Below are positions 26,571 to 41,300 of a stretch of DNA of 64,000 bases, piece by piece. The position numbers and the translations under genes are program-made. Each line of letters begins with the position of its first letter. Positions within the stretch are counted from its first letter, which is position 1. A model generated the notes under the pieces. That model had not been told where the DNA came from, did not search any database, and saw only the letters and a program-made list of their open reading frames with translations. This DNA comes from Eledone cirrhosa (Eukaryota): contig OZ024740.1 in assembly GCA_964016885.1 (NCBI GenBank), positions 187,054,001 to 187,118,000 on the forward strand, read 5' to 3'.

Positions 26571-27505
26571 ATATTCATTAATATATGTTATGAATATAAT
26601 GTAGAGACAAATGTGTAACTCGATAGCTTTAGATTAACAAATATGCATGTTTGTATGTGTGTATTTATATGTGTGTATTTATATATATTTGTATGTGTGC
26701 ATTTACATATGTGTATTTATATATGTTTGTATATGTGCATCTATATATGCATGTGTGTATATATATCTTTGTATGTGTGTATATATATATATCTGTATAT
26801 ATAAATATATATATATTTTTGCATGAGTGTATTTATATATGTGTTTGTATGTGCGGATTTACATATGCATGTGTGTCTGTGTGTGTATATATATGTTTGA
26901 TATGTGTATTTATATATGTGTGTGTGTCTGTGTATGTATATATATATGTTTGTATGTGTGTATTTATATATGTGTGTGTGTCTGTGTATGTATATATATG
27001 TTTGTATGTGTGTATTTATATATGCTTGTATGTGTATATGTGTATATGTATATTTATATATGCATGTGTGTGCGTATATATAAGCATGTTAGGAATAAAT
27101 TGGTGCAAATGCTTGCAGTTTACCTTATAATCATTAATTGAAATTAATGAAGCATTGGAATCAACTTATCCTAGAACCATTGTTTCTTCCTTTCAGTCAG
27201 GAAGAAATAATCAAGGTTTAACACCATGATCACAAATAATCTGCTTAGGCAGACTTGACCACTGATAAGCCATACTTGTTGAAATATCTTATAGCCTTTA
27301 TCTTATTATATATAACATTCCCCAAGTTGGACTGAACATTTCCACATTGGATCGAATGAAACCATGTATACTGTAGACAATTAAAGGGGAGGGGTGAATG
27401 AGAACATGGCACCATGTCTTGATTTTGATAATTGTAACACATCTTCCAAGAGCCCTACTGGCATTCATATCATTGCAAGTGAGTGAATTTAGTAAGTTAG
27501 TTAGG

Positions 27506-27508
<3 letters not shown>

Positions 27509-27565
<57 letters not shown>
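27509..27565. repeat. (GA)n microsatellite
   Basis: Read directly from sequence. Confidence 0.97.
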
Positions 27566-28844
27566 GGGGGGGCAGTGAGAGTGGGAGACAGAGTGGAAGT
27601 GACATCATTAAATAATTGCTCACTATCTGTAAATGATTACAGATATGTTATAATGAGATACAGTATAACAGTGAAAATAAGAGAGGAGTGAGTAGTGAAA
27701 ACTGCTTTCATATACTGAATGAACAAAGTTCAGTATGGAAAATTTATTACAGCTCATCATTAAAAATGGAGACATTTACAAATCAGCTGTCATCATGACA
27801 GTGAAATGTGATTAAATATTAATGACTAGTTCTTGTGACAATGAGCAGTAATGATATGATAGTTAGCTTGAAACTGATGACTGAATACATTCATTGAATT
27901 ATTTAATCCTTATAAAGACCCCTCACACACACAAAAAAAGATTATTAAGTATAGATTCCATAGGTGTAGCAAATGTTGGCACTTAAACTGACTGAAATGA
28001 ACATTATTACTCTATAATTTTCATTAATAAATCAGCATTTAAATTTCATTTGATTGTATATCTAGTTAGAATAGGTACACCATATCCCTGTGTATATGAA
28101 GTGACAAAAAGGATTAGTGTCATGAAGGGCATCCTGCAGTAAAACATTCCCTCAAAAAGTCCCATTCAATCCATACCATCATGAAAAAGTTGTCATAAAA
28201 CCAATGATGATGATGATTTGTGAATCCTATTTTCCCTTTTTCCAATATCTTGGTTGTTACAGGTAAACAGAACTGACTACAGGTAAAACTGTTAAGTCTC
28301 TGACAACATTTTCTTGGTAAAATTAATTTTATACTTTATTGAAATGTACTAAGAGTTCATAAAATGTTTGGCTCTCTTTATTCATGATTATCCATAAATA
28401 AATGTTACATAGAAATTCTATATTAATATCAACATCATCAGCATGTATAACTGATATTTCTGATGATGATGATATTAATATTGAATTGGTAGCAGAAGTT
28501 AAGAAAAGGTTCTTATATCAAATTATGTTGGAATTGCTGGACAGATTTCAAGGACAAAACTAACTAGCAGGAGACCCATGGGTATGCCCCATTGATCTTG
28601 CTTGGGGATCCAGCTGGATCAATTCAAGAGGGTTGCTTCAGACAGGACCCACTGGAAGGTCTGCCTGAAGACTGCCCCCACAACCCTCCCAGCAATAAGT
28701 GAGCAAAGAAGATGAAGAAGAAGGTTCTGAATACCAGCTGAAAAATGAAAAAGTTAGATAAAAATGAAACATTTAGTTACTGGGCCAACATTGCTTGATC
28801 CCACCACCATTTCTCTCATCACAATTTCAAATTTGAACATGTTT

Positions 28845-29135
28845 CAGATGTGGAGAACTAGCTGGTAACATACATCTCGACAAGCACAGCTGAATATCAA
28901 CCCCAATATTGCTCTCCACCCATGTGCTAACCTCTCTCGGAAGGAGTGGGTATCCCTGAATTGGTTATGCACAGGTGTTGGCTTATTCAATGCTGCCATG
29001 CAGCAATGATGGACAGCATCCCTCATCAGCTTGAGTGTGGCCAACAAGAGCAGACTGCTGACACATAGAACATGAGTGCTCAAATCTCCAACTGAAGGTG
29101 TGGACTTCATGCATCTAAATCCCACTCACAATCTC
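28845..29135 (+). pseudogene. Ingi/Vingi-like LINE C-terminal relic
   Basis: LSRKEWVSLNWLCTGVG...ECGQQEQTAD resembles the W..LNRLRTG / CxCG..QTxxH terminus. Confidence 0.5.
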
Positions 29136-31054
29136 TAATATATGTACAAAGACACAAACATTTGAAGCATAACAATAGTCAATTAAATCGATCTTAGTAA
29201 TTGATTGGTATATATTTTATTGTCAATGGTTTCTGATTTAGATACAAGATCAACCATTTTGTGTTAGGGGAAGCTCAATTAAACCAACCCCAGTGCTTTA
29301 ATGGTATTTTATTTTATCAACCTTTTAAGGATAAAAGACAAAGCTAACCTAGAACATAAGAGATGCAACACTATGCCGCAAAGCATATTGTCTGATGCTC
29401 TAATGTTACTGCTAATTCACTACTCTCATTTTATCTACAATGTAAGAATGACAGGTAAAGTTCACTGCAAGGGGGATTTGAACTGGAAATGTAAAAGGTC
29501 AGGTTCAAAAACACTGCAAAGTATCTTGTCTGCTACTCAAACAAATTTGCCGAGAATAAAATAATATGAGGATTTTCTAACATTTGGCACAAAGCTAGAA
29601 ATTTGTCAGGGAGAGATGTAGTCACTTAAATTGATTCCAGTACATGACTGATAACTTTTCCTGTACATCAGAGGCATTCTACTTATATAATAATCAATAT
29701 GGATTTTCAAGAACAGTCCTAATGATGATGTATGGAATGTGTGCTTATAAATATAGTAAGAGCAGTAGTTATTTCAGAGAAGTCTGCTGACAAAGATAGG
29801 TATGATAGAGTAAACAAGAGAAGTAGATATTTACCAGAGAAGGTAGTCATGGCTGCAAATATATGTGAGAACTTGATACAGACATGCCAAATCCAGAAAG
29901 AGAGTAAGCAAAGCTCTTTTGCCCACAACAATTTATCCAATTTTAATCTAATCATCAATGAAAGGTGGTGGAATGCCAAAGAAGTTCACTTAAATCATTA
30001 ATATAGAAACCTTGCAGTTTTTAAACAGTGATATTATTCTGTTCTCTTCTACTTCTCTGAGAGAGGAATTAATCTCCACATTATACACCATAATGTAACA
30101 AGCTGACTTACTATTGGTTGTGAAGTAATAATCATTGTGGTATTTATTCCAGCACATTTCATTCTGAGTTCAAACCCTGCCAAGATCAACTATATTTCTA
30201 ATCCTTCCAAAGACAATAAATATAATACCATTCTAGAGCAGTGAACAGACAGAACATTAGAGCTTTGGATGGAGCATCTCATAGGATTTCTTCTGGCTCT
30301 TTATATACTTAGTTCAAATACCAGTCTAAAGCAGTGAGCTGACGGAACATTAGATCTTCATATGGAACACCTTACAGTATGTGTTCAGGCTCTTTACAAT
30401 CTGAGTTAAAATCTGACCATCGCCTACTTGAATGGTAGATTTAATCTGTTGCTTGTTTTAACACCACCAACTTGCCCTTGGGTGCCTTTCAGAGAGTCCA
30501 TTCCATCGCAAACATTTTAGCCAAGTCTCTGCTTTGAGGATACTTTCCTCTCCCTCTCCCTCTCTCTCTCTCTCTCATTACTCCAGTTTACCCAGCTGTA
30601 GATATGAGTTGCAATGTCTCTGATGTCAAGCTGTATCAGATCTTACCTTTCCATTAGACACCATTGGTGGTATGGAGAGGTTAGGCTGGTATGCATAGGT
30701 GATTGCTGCTCTTCCACACAAACAACCTTGCCCAGATTTATGCATCGGAAGGGAACTTTACTGTAGGGTATTTTGTTTCTGCTTTCTAAGAACACTTTCA
30801 CTAGCTTAAATTATAAGACAGCAGCCATGCTTGACCACTGTGTGGATTTAGTTGAATATACTGGCACCAATACTTACATTTTTCAAGTCTCGTATTTATT
30901 TTAGCAATTTATTTGTTGTCAAACTTCTAAGTTAGAGGAAATATACAAACAGTAAACATGGATACACACATCACACACATATATATATATATGCACATAC
31001 ATACAGGCATATATATATATACACACACATACTTATATAGATATATATTCATAC

Positions 31055-31098
<44 letters not shown>

Positions 31099-31144
31099 AT
31101 TATATAGATATATATATTCATACATAACATATATATATATATAT

Positions 31145-31920
31145 ATTTATTAAAATAAGAGATTAAAGTTTAAGCAAAGAATCGCTGCTTTCACTCTTAA
31201 CGGGATCTTCTGAAACTAAAAAAATCAATCTGTGAACGCAGAAGTAAATACTTCGATAAACGTTGCAACCGAAGGAAGACAGGAAGACGATACTTTGGTT
31301 TGTGGAAACGTTCCCTGGCAAAGAACGAAAAAAAAAATGAAGATAATACGTCATTATTTGGAGCGGTGAAAACAATTACACGCAAAGACAAAACCACGTT
31401 TATGGTATAAATGTAGTTGTAGACTAATATTCTATTAGGTGGTTCGTGGAGACATTCCCTGGCAATGAACGGAAAAAACGAAGATAATAAATACGTCATT
31501 ATGAGAACAATTACACGCAAAGACAAAACTACGTTTATGGTATAACTGAAGTCGTAGACTAAAATTCTATTTAGGAAACCGGATGATTCTCGGCTTCAGA
31601 GTTAAGAATAATGTAAATAAAATACATATTATATTCGTTTTTTCCCGTTCTTTGCCAGGGAACGTTTCCACGAACTAAAGTATCGTCTCCCTGTCTTCCC
31701 CCGGTTGCAAGGTTTTTTGAAATATTCACTTCTGCGTTTACAGATTGACTTTGTTGGTTTCAGAAGATCACGTTAAGGGTGAAAGCAGCGATTCTTTGAT
31801 TAAACTTTAATCTGTTATTTTAATAAATATTTGCTCTAAGGTTCTTATATATTTGATATATATCTATCCTTATCGAGCCCTCTTTGGATTTTAGTCTTTA
31901 AATTTATTATTATTATTACT
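31145..31920. mobile_element. Long fold-back copy of the CAGAAGA-HHR family
   Basis: Inverted arm 31145..~31630 contains an internal ~130-bp duplication (31303..31437 and 31446..31571). Forward arm ~31634..31920 carries the tail. HHR folds at 31167..31217 (-) and 31756..31806 (+). Confidence 0.82.
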
Positions 31921-32529
31921 TAACTTTGCCTTTCATCCTTACGGGGTCGATAAAATAAAGTACCAGTAGTACACTGGCATAATTGCTGGCCTTGTACCAA
32001 AAGTAGAAACAATTATTACTATATATATATATATATATCATCATCATTATCTTCGTTTAACTTCAATCTTCCATGCTAGCATGGGTTATATATATATATA
32101 TATACACTTATATAAATATATATATGATAAATTTATATATCATCATCATCATCATAATAATAATCATCATCATCACCGTTTTATGTCCGTTCATCCATGC
32201 TAACATGGGTTAGACGAGTTGTCCTGTTGTGGGCAATGCTACGTCGGGGGACCATGTCTTGCTCATACAGAACTGATTTTGGCTTGATTTCTACAAGTGA
32301 ATAATGATTTTGGCTTGATTTCTACAAGTGAGTACTGTATATATGTGTTTTATGTGTATTTGGTGTATACGTTCGTATGTGTGCAGGTACAGGCGTTGCG
32401 TGGGTTTTTGTATGTGTGCGCGTGGTTTTGCAAACCCATGGCGTGTGTTTTCGCGTATGCATGTGTATGTACGTATATGGATGCGTGCATCCATATATTT
32501 AATTATTGTTGATTTCAATAACCTCTGTA

Positions 32530-32937
32530 ATTTATTTACATTATTCTTAACACTGAGCCGATAATCATTCGGTTTCCTAAATAGAATTTTAGACTACGAC
32601 TTCAATTATACCATAAACGTGGTTTTGTCTTTGCGTGTAACTGTTCCACATAATGACGTATTATCTTCGTTTTTTCCGTTCTTTGCCAGGGAACGTTTCC
32701 ACGAACCAAAGTATCGTCTTCCTGTCTTCCTTCAGTTGCAACGTTTTTCGAAGTATTTACTTCTGCGTTCACAAATTGATTTTTTTAGTTTCAGAAGATC
32801 CCGTTAAGGGTGAAAGCAGCGATTCTTATAAATATTTGCGATTCAAATAAATATTTGCTCTACGGTTCTTATATATTTGATTTTATCCTTATCGAGCCCT
32901 CTTTAGATTTTAGTCTTCAAATTTATTATTATTACTA
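32530..32937 (+). mobile_element. Forward-only copy of the CAGAAGA-HHR family ending in (TA)n
   Basis: Reverse complement of the 31145 arm plus tail. The HHR at 32787 is truncated by a small rearrangement. Confidence 0.8.
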
Positions 32938-33361
32938 TATATATATATATATATATACATATCATCATCATCATAATCATCATATATACATATATACATA
33001 CATATTATCATCATCATAATCATCATTTAACATCTATCTTCCACGTCAGCATGGGTTAGAGGGGAGTTGCCCCACTTGAGGTAAGATTGGTTGGGTGACC
33101 ATGTCTCGCTCATATAAGACTGTCTGGCAAGTTTTCTACGGCTGGATGCCCTTCCTAACATCAACCACATTTACTTTGTCGACTGGGAGATTTTTACTGT
33201 GTTACTGTGTTACCTACACAACCACATTACAGTGTGGACTGTGTGTTTTTTTGTCATGACACACACACGACAAACACATATATACATTAATATATAGATG
33301 TGTGTGTGTATATATATATGTATATATATATATAATCCTTTTATATATACGTATATATATA

Positions 33362-33701
33362 TCATCATCATCATTTCATTTTACGTCCGCTTTTCCCTGC
33401 TTGCAAGGGTGGGACGGGAACTGATTCTGGCTTGATTTCTACAGCTCGATGCCCTTCCTAACACCAACCTCATTTACAGTGAGTGCTGGGTGCTTTTTTG
33501 CCGTGGCGCCTACACGTCCACTTTGCAGTGGAATGATAGGGATCCCACTCCTATCATCTCATTTCTACAGCTGAGTAAACTGGAGCAATGTGAAATAAAG
33601 TGTCTTGCTCAAGGAAACAACACATCAGCCGGTCTGAGAATTGAACTCACAACCTTTCGATTACAAGGCCAATGCTCTAACCACTAAGCCATGTGCCTCC
33701 A
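33362..33701 (-). mobile_element. tRNA-derived SINE, family B (CORE-like middle, RTE-like tail)
   Basis: Reverse complement of 57754..58082. A-box TGGCTTAGTGG and B-box GAGTTCAATTC. Confidence 0.85.
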
Positions 33702-36003
33702 TATATATATATATATAATCCTTTTATATATATAGAAATAATAAAAACAAAGACTAAAATCTAAAGAGGACTAATAATAAATATATATATAAAAATATAT
33801 AGTTCAAGATTAAAATCTTATTAGTTTCACACTTGTTGCAAAAGGAAAATGAACGTTGCCAAATATTAGTCCTTGATGAAAATAATGGTTTCAGATTCAA
33901 ACACAAGGGGAACAATTGTAGTGGAGAAAAAGGTTGATTAAATTGATTCCAGTGCATTACTGGTACTTTATTTTGTCAACTGCTGGAGGATGAAAGGCAA
34001 AGCTAACCTTGGTGGGATATGAACTCAGAATGTAAAGGGACATAACTCTATGCTGCAAAGTATATTAGATTGGCAGTATCTACCAATACTGCCAATCCAA
34101 TAATAATAATAGGAATTGAACAGTTCCAGAAGACATGCCTACTGGGAACAGCCCAAATATCGAGAAAGGTTCTGGACTATCAGGAGTAGTCAAATGACAA
34201 GGAATGATATGAAAATGTTGAAGTTACACTAGGTTACTATTTGTAGCCTGGTATTTCCTAAAATAACCAGCCCAAAGCAACATCAAAGTCGGTCATTATA
34301 AATAGTTAAATAATAATAATAATGCTAATTTAGGCTCAAGGCCAGCAATTTAGTGGCAAGTATAAAATTGATTAACCCAGCCCTTGTAATTAACTTGAGG
34401 GGTAAAAGGTAAAGTTGACCTTCGCAGGATTTGAACTCTAATGGTCAGGATCACGATCAATTACTATTATCTTATACTCTAATGATTCTGATAATCGACT
34501 ACTACTACTAATAATAATGGTGTTTTGTTATCCCATAATTTTTATTAAACCAATATCTGGACACCTTTTAAGTAACAATTGTAATGTAGCAATTCATTGA
34601 AGGATACAAGATACTGAACTGATTTACAATTGCCCTCTCAAGGCACTCAGCAAGATTAGAAGTTAGAGGTGTTGGAATTTAATGAAAGAACTCTCAAAGA
34701 TTTATAAGACACTTGTTACTGCTCACTGTAGTGAAATATATAATTGCAGTAAGAGATAGTTGAACATGGCTATTGAGAACTACATATATTGACCATAAAT
34801 TCGAAGCAGTAGGAATGTCAGAACCAAATTTTCTTCTTTCGCATGGACTAGAGATTTTGGGATACTACCTCTCATAAGTTACACACACATAGATACATAG
34901 ACACACTCACCTGCTTATACACACACATACATACATACATAAAAACATTCACATAGACACACACATATGTTACTAAGAACACAGACAAAAACACACACAA
35001 GATAAAAACAGCAACATGCACATTCACAAAATGCACTTCATCTGCACATACATACCAGCACCAATGATAGATGACAACCTCTACAGCACACTTCCCCACT
35101 TGCTGAATTACTTATACACCACTATTTGCCTGGTCACACCATTCATCCTAATAAAATCTCTTTTTTTTCATCAACATTCTAACCACTTCTTTTTCCTAGT
35201 TTTATTCTTTCCTACCATATGATGGTGAATTGGCAGGATTGTTAGAGTATTAGAAAAATGTTGTAGTATATACACCAGCTCTTTATGTGTTGAGTTCAAA
35301 TCCCACCAAGTAAACTTTACTTTCATCCTCGCAGGGTTGATAAAATAAAGTACCAGTCAATTACTGGATCAATTTAATTGACTTTACAATTAATAGCTCA
35401 ACCAATAGCTGGCCTTGAGCTTAAAATTGAAACCATTATTATCATGACCATGGGCAGTGGATCGGAAGTATCGGTAGAGGATCAGACACTATGCTTTGCA
35501 GCATAAAGTTATGGCCATTTACGTTCTGAGTTCAAATCCCACTGAGGGTTAACTTTCCCTTTCATCCCAGCAAGGTTGATAAAATAAAGCACCAGTAATG
35601 CACTGAGGTAATTGCTGACCGTATGCCAAAAGTAGAAACAATTATTATCATTACCATCATTACTGCTGCTGTTTCTAACCACCTCACCATTACCATTATC
35701 AACACCATCATTTGGATTTTCTTATGAAACATTACTGGTAGCAATAATTACTATTTATTCCCTCCAGGCTTTCATTCAGCTGCAGTTATATAACGTTGTT
35801 AGATTTTTTTCTTTTGTTTTCACTTTCTGGTAGAGAATAGAGTTTGGAGGAGTTAACTCACTCAACAAACCAAATAATCTGTTTATTCTTCCTATGATTT
35901 AACATCCATTTTCCCTGCTAGCAAATGTTGGACACAGACACACACACACACGTATATATATATATACACACACACACACATATATACACACACACACATA
36001 TAT

Positions 36004-36062
<59 letters not shown>

Positions 36063-36493
36063 ATATAAGCTTCCTTATTTTCATTATTATAAAACATATA
36101 TAAATGATCTATTTTAAAGTAAATTATATATATTTATATGTATTAAAAATCTGCTTGTCTTCATTTTCTCTCCAATTCAAAACCAGGAAAGAATAATAAT
36201 CATTCTAATGTAAAACTAAACTTAAATAATTACACAATGACAAATAGAATCTTAAATTTCCATTTGTTTCCTTATTTGCAATATATGTGTTAATTCGTAT
36301 TTATACATGTGCCAGCATAAAAAAAAATAGGTAAAAAAAACACAATGGTGGTATGTGCATGTATATAAAGTCTGCATTGCCAAGATCATAAATCAGGGGA
36401 GTACTCTATACATGAGAAGAGTGGGTATAGAGGTTGGATTAGGGATTTTACCTTCCCCTTCTCTCTGTCTGTCTGTCTCTCTCTCTCTCTCTG

Positions 36494-36529
<36 letters not shown>

Positions 36530-36587
36530 TACATGTATAAGGTTGATGGCTGAGAGAAAGGAGTACCTAATAATGAAGTAGAGTTTT

Positions 36588-36723
36588 TTCATTAGATTAA
36601 GACTGATTAGTGAGTCTTGCTACTCTGGAGTTTTGCCTGTTTATCACAGGGTCATCAGACAAAAATTTGTCTGATGACACGAAACTTCAGAGTAACAAAA
36701 CTTACTATTTAGTCGTAATAAAA

Positions 36724-36727
<4 letters not shown>
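36588..36727. mobile_element. Older fold-back element with an HHR in each arm; tail on the left, (TA)n on the right
   Basis: Diverged inverted arms centred near 36664. HHR motifs at 36617..36662 (-) and 36666..36699 (+). Confidence 0.72.
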
Positions 36728-36811
<84 letters not shown>

Positions 36812-37789
36812 TGGATGTATATATATAACACAAGTAAGAAGCAACTATAAGGTTGTATCAAATTCGTACAAACACACAGGAAGCTGTAGAGATACAAACA
36901 CACACACATACACACACATATATATATATGCTTTGCCATATGTTTTTTTAATAATAATATGTAAAGATGTAGTCGCTAAAATGACATGTCTCTACTATTT
37001 ATACTTCTTTATACTATTTTTCTATGTTGCAAATGTTTAATCTTTTGGGGGAAATACAAACTCTTTTTAACACAAACTAGCATAATGTATCTACATTATT
37101 CCTCTCATTTAGAATATTATAATTATTATCATTAATGTTGTTATTATGATTACATTTGCCTAGTTCTGCATTTGAAGAAAAACTCTGTATCAAAACATTT
37201 GTATGGATTAAAAGACGTGAGAACTTCTTTTTGTCATCTTAATTTGGTTTTATATATATATATACTTACATGTATATATATGTCTGTGTGTGTGTGACTA
37301 TATGAATGTATGTATGCAATGCAGTGGGAGTGAAATCAAGGGACAAGATTCAATGTTTCAGATCTGATCAGTGATGCATATTGACTTGCAATTGGCTTGA
37401 CATAGAATGACCAAAATATAGGAAAGGAGAGCAAATTTGTGCTGATTATGTGTGTCAATTTTGGGAAGAGCAAAAATACCTCTAGGGAGAATTCTGAATG
37501 GTATGTGTTTATATATTTGTATAAATACATATGCAGGGCACCAGCAGCTTTAGCTCTTATACATATTTATTTATAATTATATATTTTTATAATTGTATTT
37601 ATAATTGTAAATATACATCATCATCATGATTTCTATGTCCACTTTTCCATGCTGGCATCGATTGGATGGGATGTTTTGAGACAGGTTTTTATAGCTGAAT
37701 GCTTTTCCTGACACCAACCCTTTTAGTTGCCTGTTACGGCAAGCAGAGATTTGGTGTATCTATTCTAAAAATTGGGATACATATATATA

Positions 37790-38360
37790 ACATCATGAAA
37801 CATAGATAAACACAAACTGGACACATTTAGAATGAAACATATTAGATATCAACAAGGAACTCCAATTGCAAAATAACCATCCAAAACCAACCTACACATA
37901 ATAAATTTTATAAACATGAGACTGAACCTAACCACAGTAAAACAATATCATTATAGGAAACCTAACAAAGTATCATTGTATATCAACCTTCAATAATAAA
38001 GAATCTAGTCAACAACCTATGCCAGAGAATCTTTTCAATATTCTCTGACAAAAGAATATTTGAACAAGCAGCACCATAACTACAATGGCTCTAAATGTAA
38101 GTTCTAAGAGAAATCAAATACATACTCAGAGCAACACAAATGACCATAACCCAAACACAATCAGATAAAGAAATGTCACCCACCTTTCAATTAAAATGAA
38201 GAGACAAATGTAGCAAAATAAAAACATTTATCATTACTTGCTGAACACTTAGTCATAGATTACAAATTGTTCAAGAGGACAATATAAACAGATAGCTACA
38301 ACTGCACAAAGAATAGAAACATATCACCCAAGTTAAGACTAAATATAAGTCTAGAAACAC
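37790..38360 (+). pseudogene. Highly decayed PLE RT-thumb region
   Basis: QPSIIKNLVNNLCQRIFSIFSDKRIFEQAAP resembles the PLE HPPxIIK...IFxxAAP.Y motif. Confidence 0.5.
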
Positions 38361-41300
38361 AATGGTTAATTGATCATGGGATCCAAAAGATAATATAATC
38401 ATAGAGACATTATTAAGTCTGAAAAAGTTGGGTTGCTCAAAGATGGAATATCTTTGATTATAGGTCTGCTCAATTTGAGCTGACCTAGGTATAAATGATT
38501 TTCATATTGTAAATGGAGAACATTATAAACCGGGTTATCTGCAACCTGTGATTTATGAGTTTTTTTTATGTCTTTAATATCTGTTTAATGTATATTCTGA
38601 TAAATTTGGTTAACCATAATATTACAATGTGTTGCAGAAAAACAATATGAATATGGAGAGCTATAAACCATTATTGTTAAGTGGATGCTATTTATCTACC
38701 ACACACAAATACAAAGAGTTAACTTTGAGTTAACATATTTAATGCAATGAGCAAATTAAAAGCTAATTAGATATAATTATACTTAAAAAAAACATAATGT
38801 TTGTCAATACTAATATTACTTTCATTGTTTTGTCAAGTTCACATAACTCAGCCATACATGATTCAGTCTTATTATAACCTCATTAGAGCAATAAGCAAAT
38901 GTTAATTGATATGTAACTCAATGAAGTATAGATAGTAATAATAAGAACAAAACTGAAAATGATATTCAGATTCCTGTAGTGTGAAGGTATGAAGATATGG
39001 AACATTTTATATATAATTTTCTTCTCACCTTATACACAAAATCTCTGGGAGATGAAAGGCATATTCATAAGAATAAAAGTACATTTGAAAGAAATTTCTC
39101 AAAGTTCTCTCTCCTCCATCACTCTCTGCAGAAAATATCTTGCATATTTATTCAAGGAGAGGTCAAGTGTTCAGTAGTAGAGTGCCAGATTCATAAATTC
39201 ATGTTTCTGAATTTGAGACATATTAAAGTTCTTGGAGTTAATAAAAAAAATTGAGTATTCTTTTTCATATTTTTATGTATTTATAATGTTATGCTTATGA
39301 TTTAACTAAGTCGTTTTCTGTACTACTGTAGAGAATCTAATTAAACCCTTCATATGAAAACATATTATAAGTAAAAAGAAAGAAGAAAAAAGAGCATGAT
39401 ATAAAAATAAATGTTTCTACTTTTGGCAAAAGGCCAGTAATTATCCCAGTGCATTACTGGTACTTTATTTTATCAACCCCGTAAGGGTGAAAGGCAAAGT
39501 TAACCTCGGTGGGATTTACTATTAATGTATTCAATACAAAGTGTGATTATACTAAAATATATATTAAAAACATAAACAAAACAATAAATAAACAAAAATA
39601 TCTAGCATGTTATTTAGTACACACCTATTACTATTAAAGGTAAAATTCCAACTAAATGATGATGTTTATATTATTCTCGATTGGCAGAATCATTAAAGCA
39701 GAGACAACATGCCTTGTAGTCTTTAGTTACTATTCTTTGGTCCGAGTTCAAATCCTACCTATATCAACTTAACCTTTGTAACCACATTTTCAATATTAAT
39801 CCAACTGGATGGCACTTTAAGAAAAGTCCCTTGTTGTATCCTCAGGTTGACTAAATGCCTTGTGAGTGAAATTTGGTAGAATAAAATTCTTTGCAACACT
39901 GTAGCTTGAATGTGTGTGTTCAAGGATGTGTATTTGAGTATATTTGCCTCTGCATGTGTCTCCACACTGACCCACTGAAGTGCCACTTACCCTCCTCACC
40001 TGATCAGGGTCTAGCAGGGGAGCCAGTTGAGTTGCTAATCATTCGAACATGAAACTTTATACTGGGTTAGATATTACCAGTAGTAGGCTGAAGTCTGACC
40101 TGAGCAAAATATATTTAAAACATAAAATTATTGAATTTCTGAAATTTTGCTTAGTTTATATTTTACCTCAAAGAATAATTTTAAATGATATGAATTATCA
40201 AGACAAAACAGACAATATATTGCTTTACTTTGTCTACATTTTAGAACTCTTAATGCTAACTTTTCAATATTCATGAGTAATGATTTATTGAGCATAGAAA
40301 TGAAAAATCATTTATTTATTTATTTAATTAATAAAAATAATTTCAAAACTACTGATAAAGAAATACTTTTCTTATTGACAGTAAACATTCAGCTTTTTAC
40401 TGCATTTCAACAGCTAGAATTGAATTCTAATTAATAGAGAACTAAAATTTTGCCATTAAAATTAATTACATACATAGTGATTTCCTTTGATGAGTTATAG
40501 TTGATTGAATCATCACCAGCATTTTATTGACCCAGGAAAGAAGAAAGGAGACAGACTGAGTGAACTTCTGTAGCAAGAATTAACTCAAAACATTAAAGAA
40601 CCATAGTTAAATATTATAAAGAATATAATCTTGATCACAAATTACTAGTGGAAAATACAATAATTTGACAAATTTCCCAATTTAAATATACTAATATTAT
40701 CTGCATCATCACCATCATCATCCATCAGAGAGTTTGTTGCCTACATAGGTTTAGCTATGAGGTAGTATCTTATAAGAGGTTTCTTGAGTTTTTTTTATTG
40801 AATAATGTCCCCATTTCCTGATAAGAAACATAAAGCCAGGATGGATATTACAAAGCATCTGCCAATCTACTGATTTTGATTGTTATTTTATTTACCAATC
40901 CCAAAATGTGAACCTCAGTCAGATTTGAATTCAGTGGACAAAAAGTCTGTTTCGAGCCCAGAGGCACATCAGGGTGGTGTTTATCACAGTTTCCATGGCA
41001 TGAAGCAAATGAGAATACAAGACTTCCCCTTGGACAGGACATCAGTCTATTACAGGGTTAAACCACCTGCTATTGTTGGTACTAATTTTCAGTTGAGTAT
41101 AATGGATCAATGTTAAATGAAGTGTTTTGTTCAACCCACCATGCCCAGGCATCACACCACGAAAATATGATCATAAGTTCAACACTCTTACTACTAGGCC
41201 ATGCACCAGCAAAACTTTTAACCTGGAACTTAGAAGTTTTCCAATTAGCTATCTGTTCATCAAATTCCCCTAACTTTGTTGGTTTGGGGAGAACCACTGA

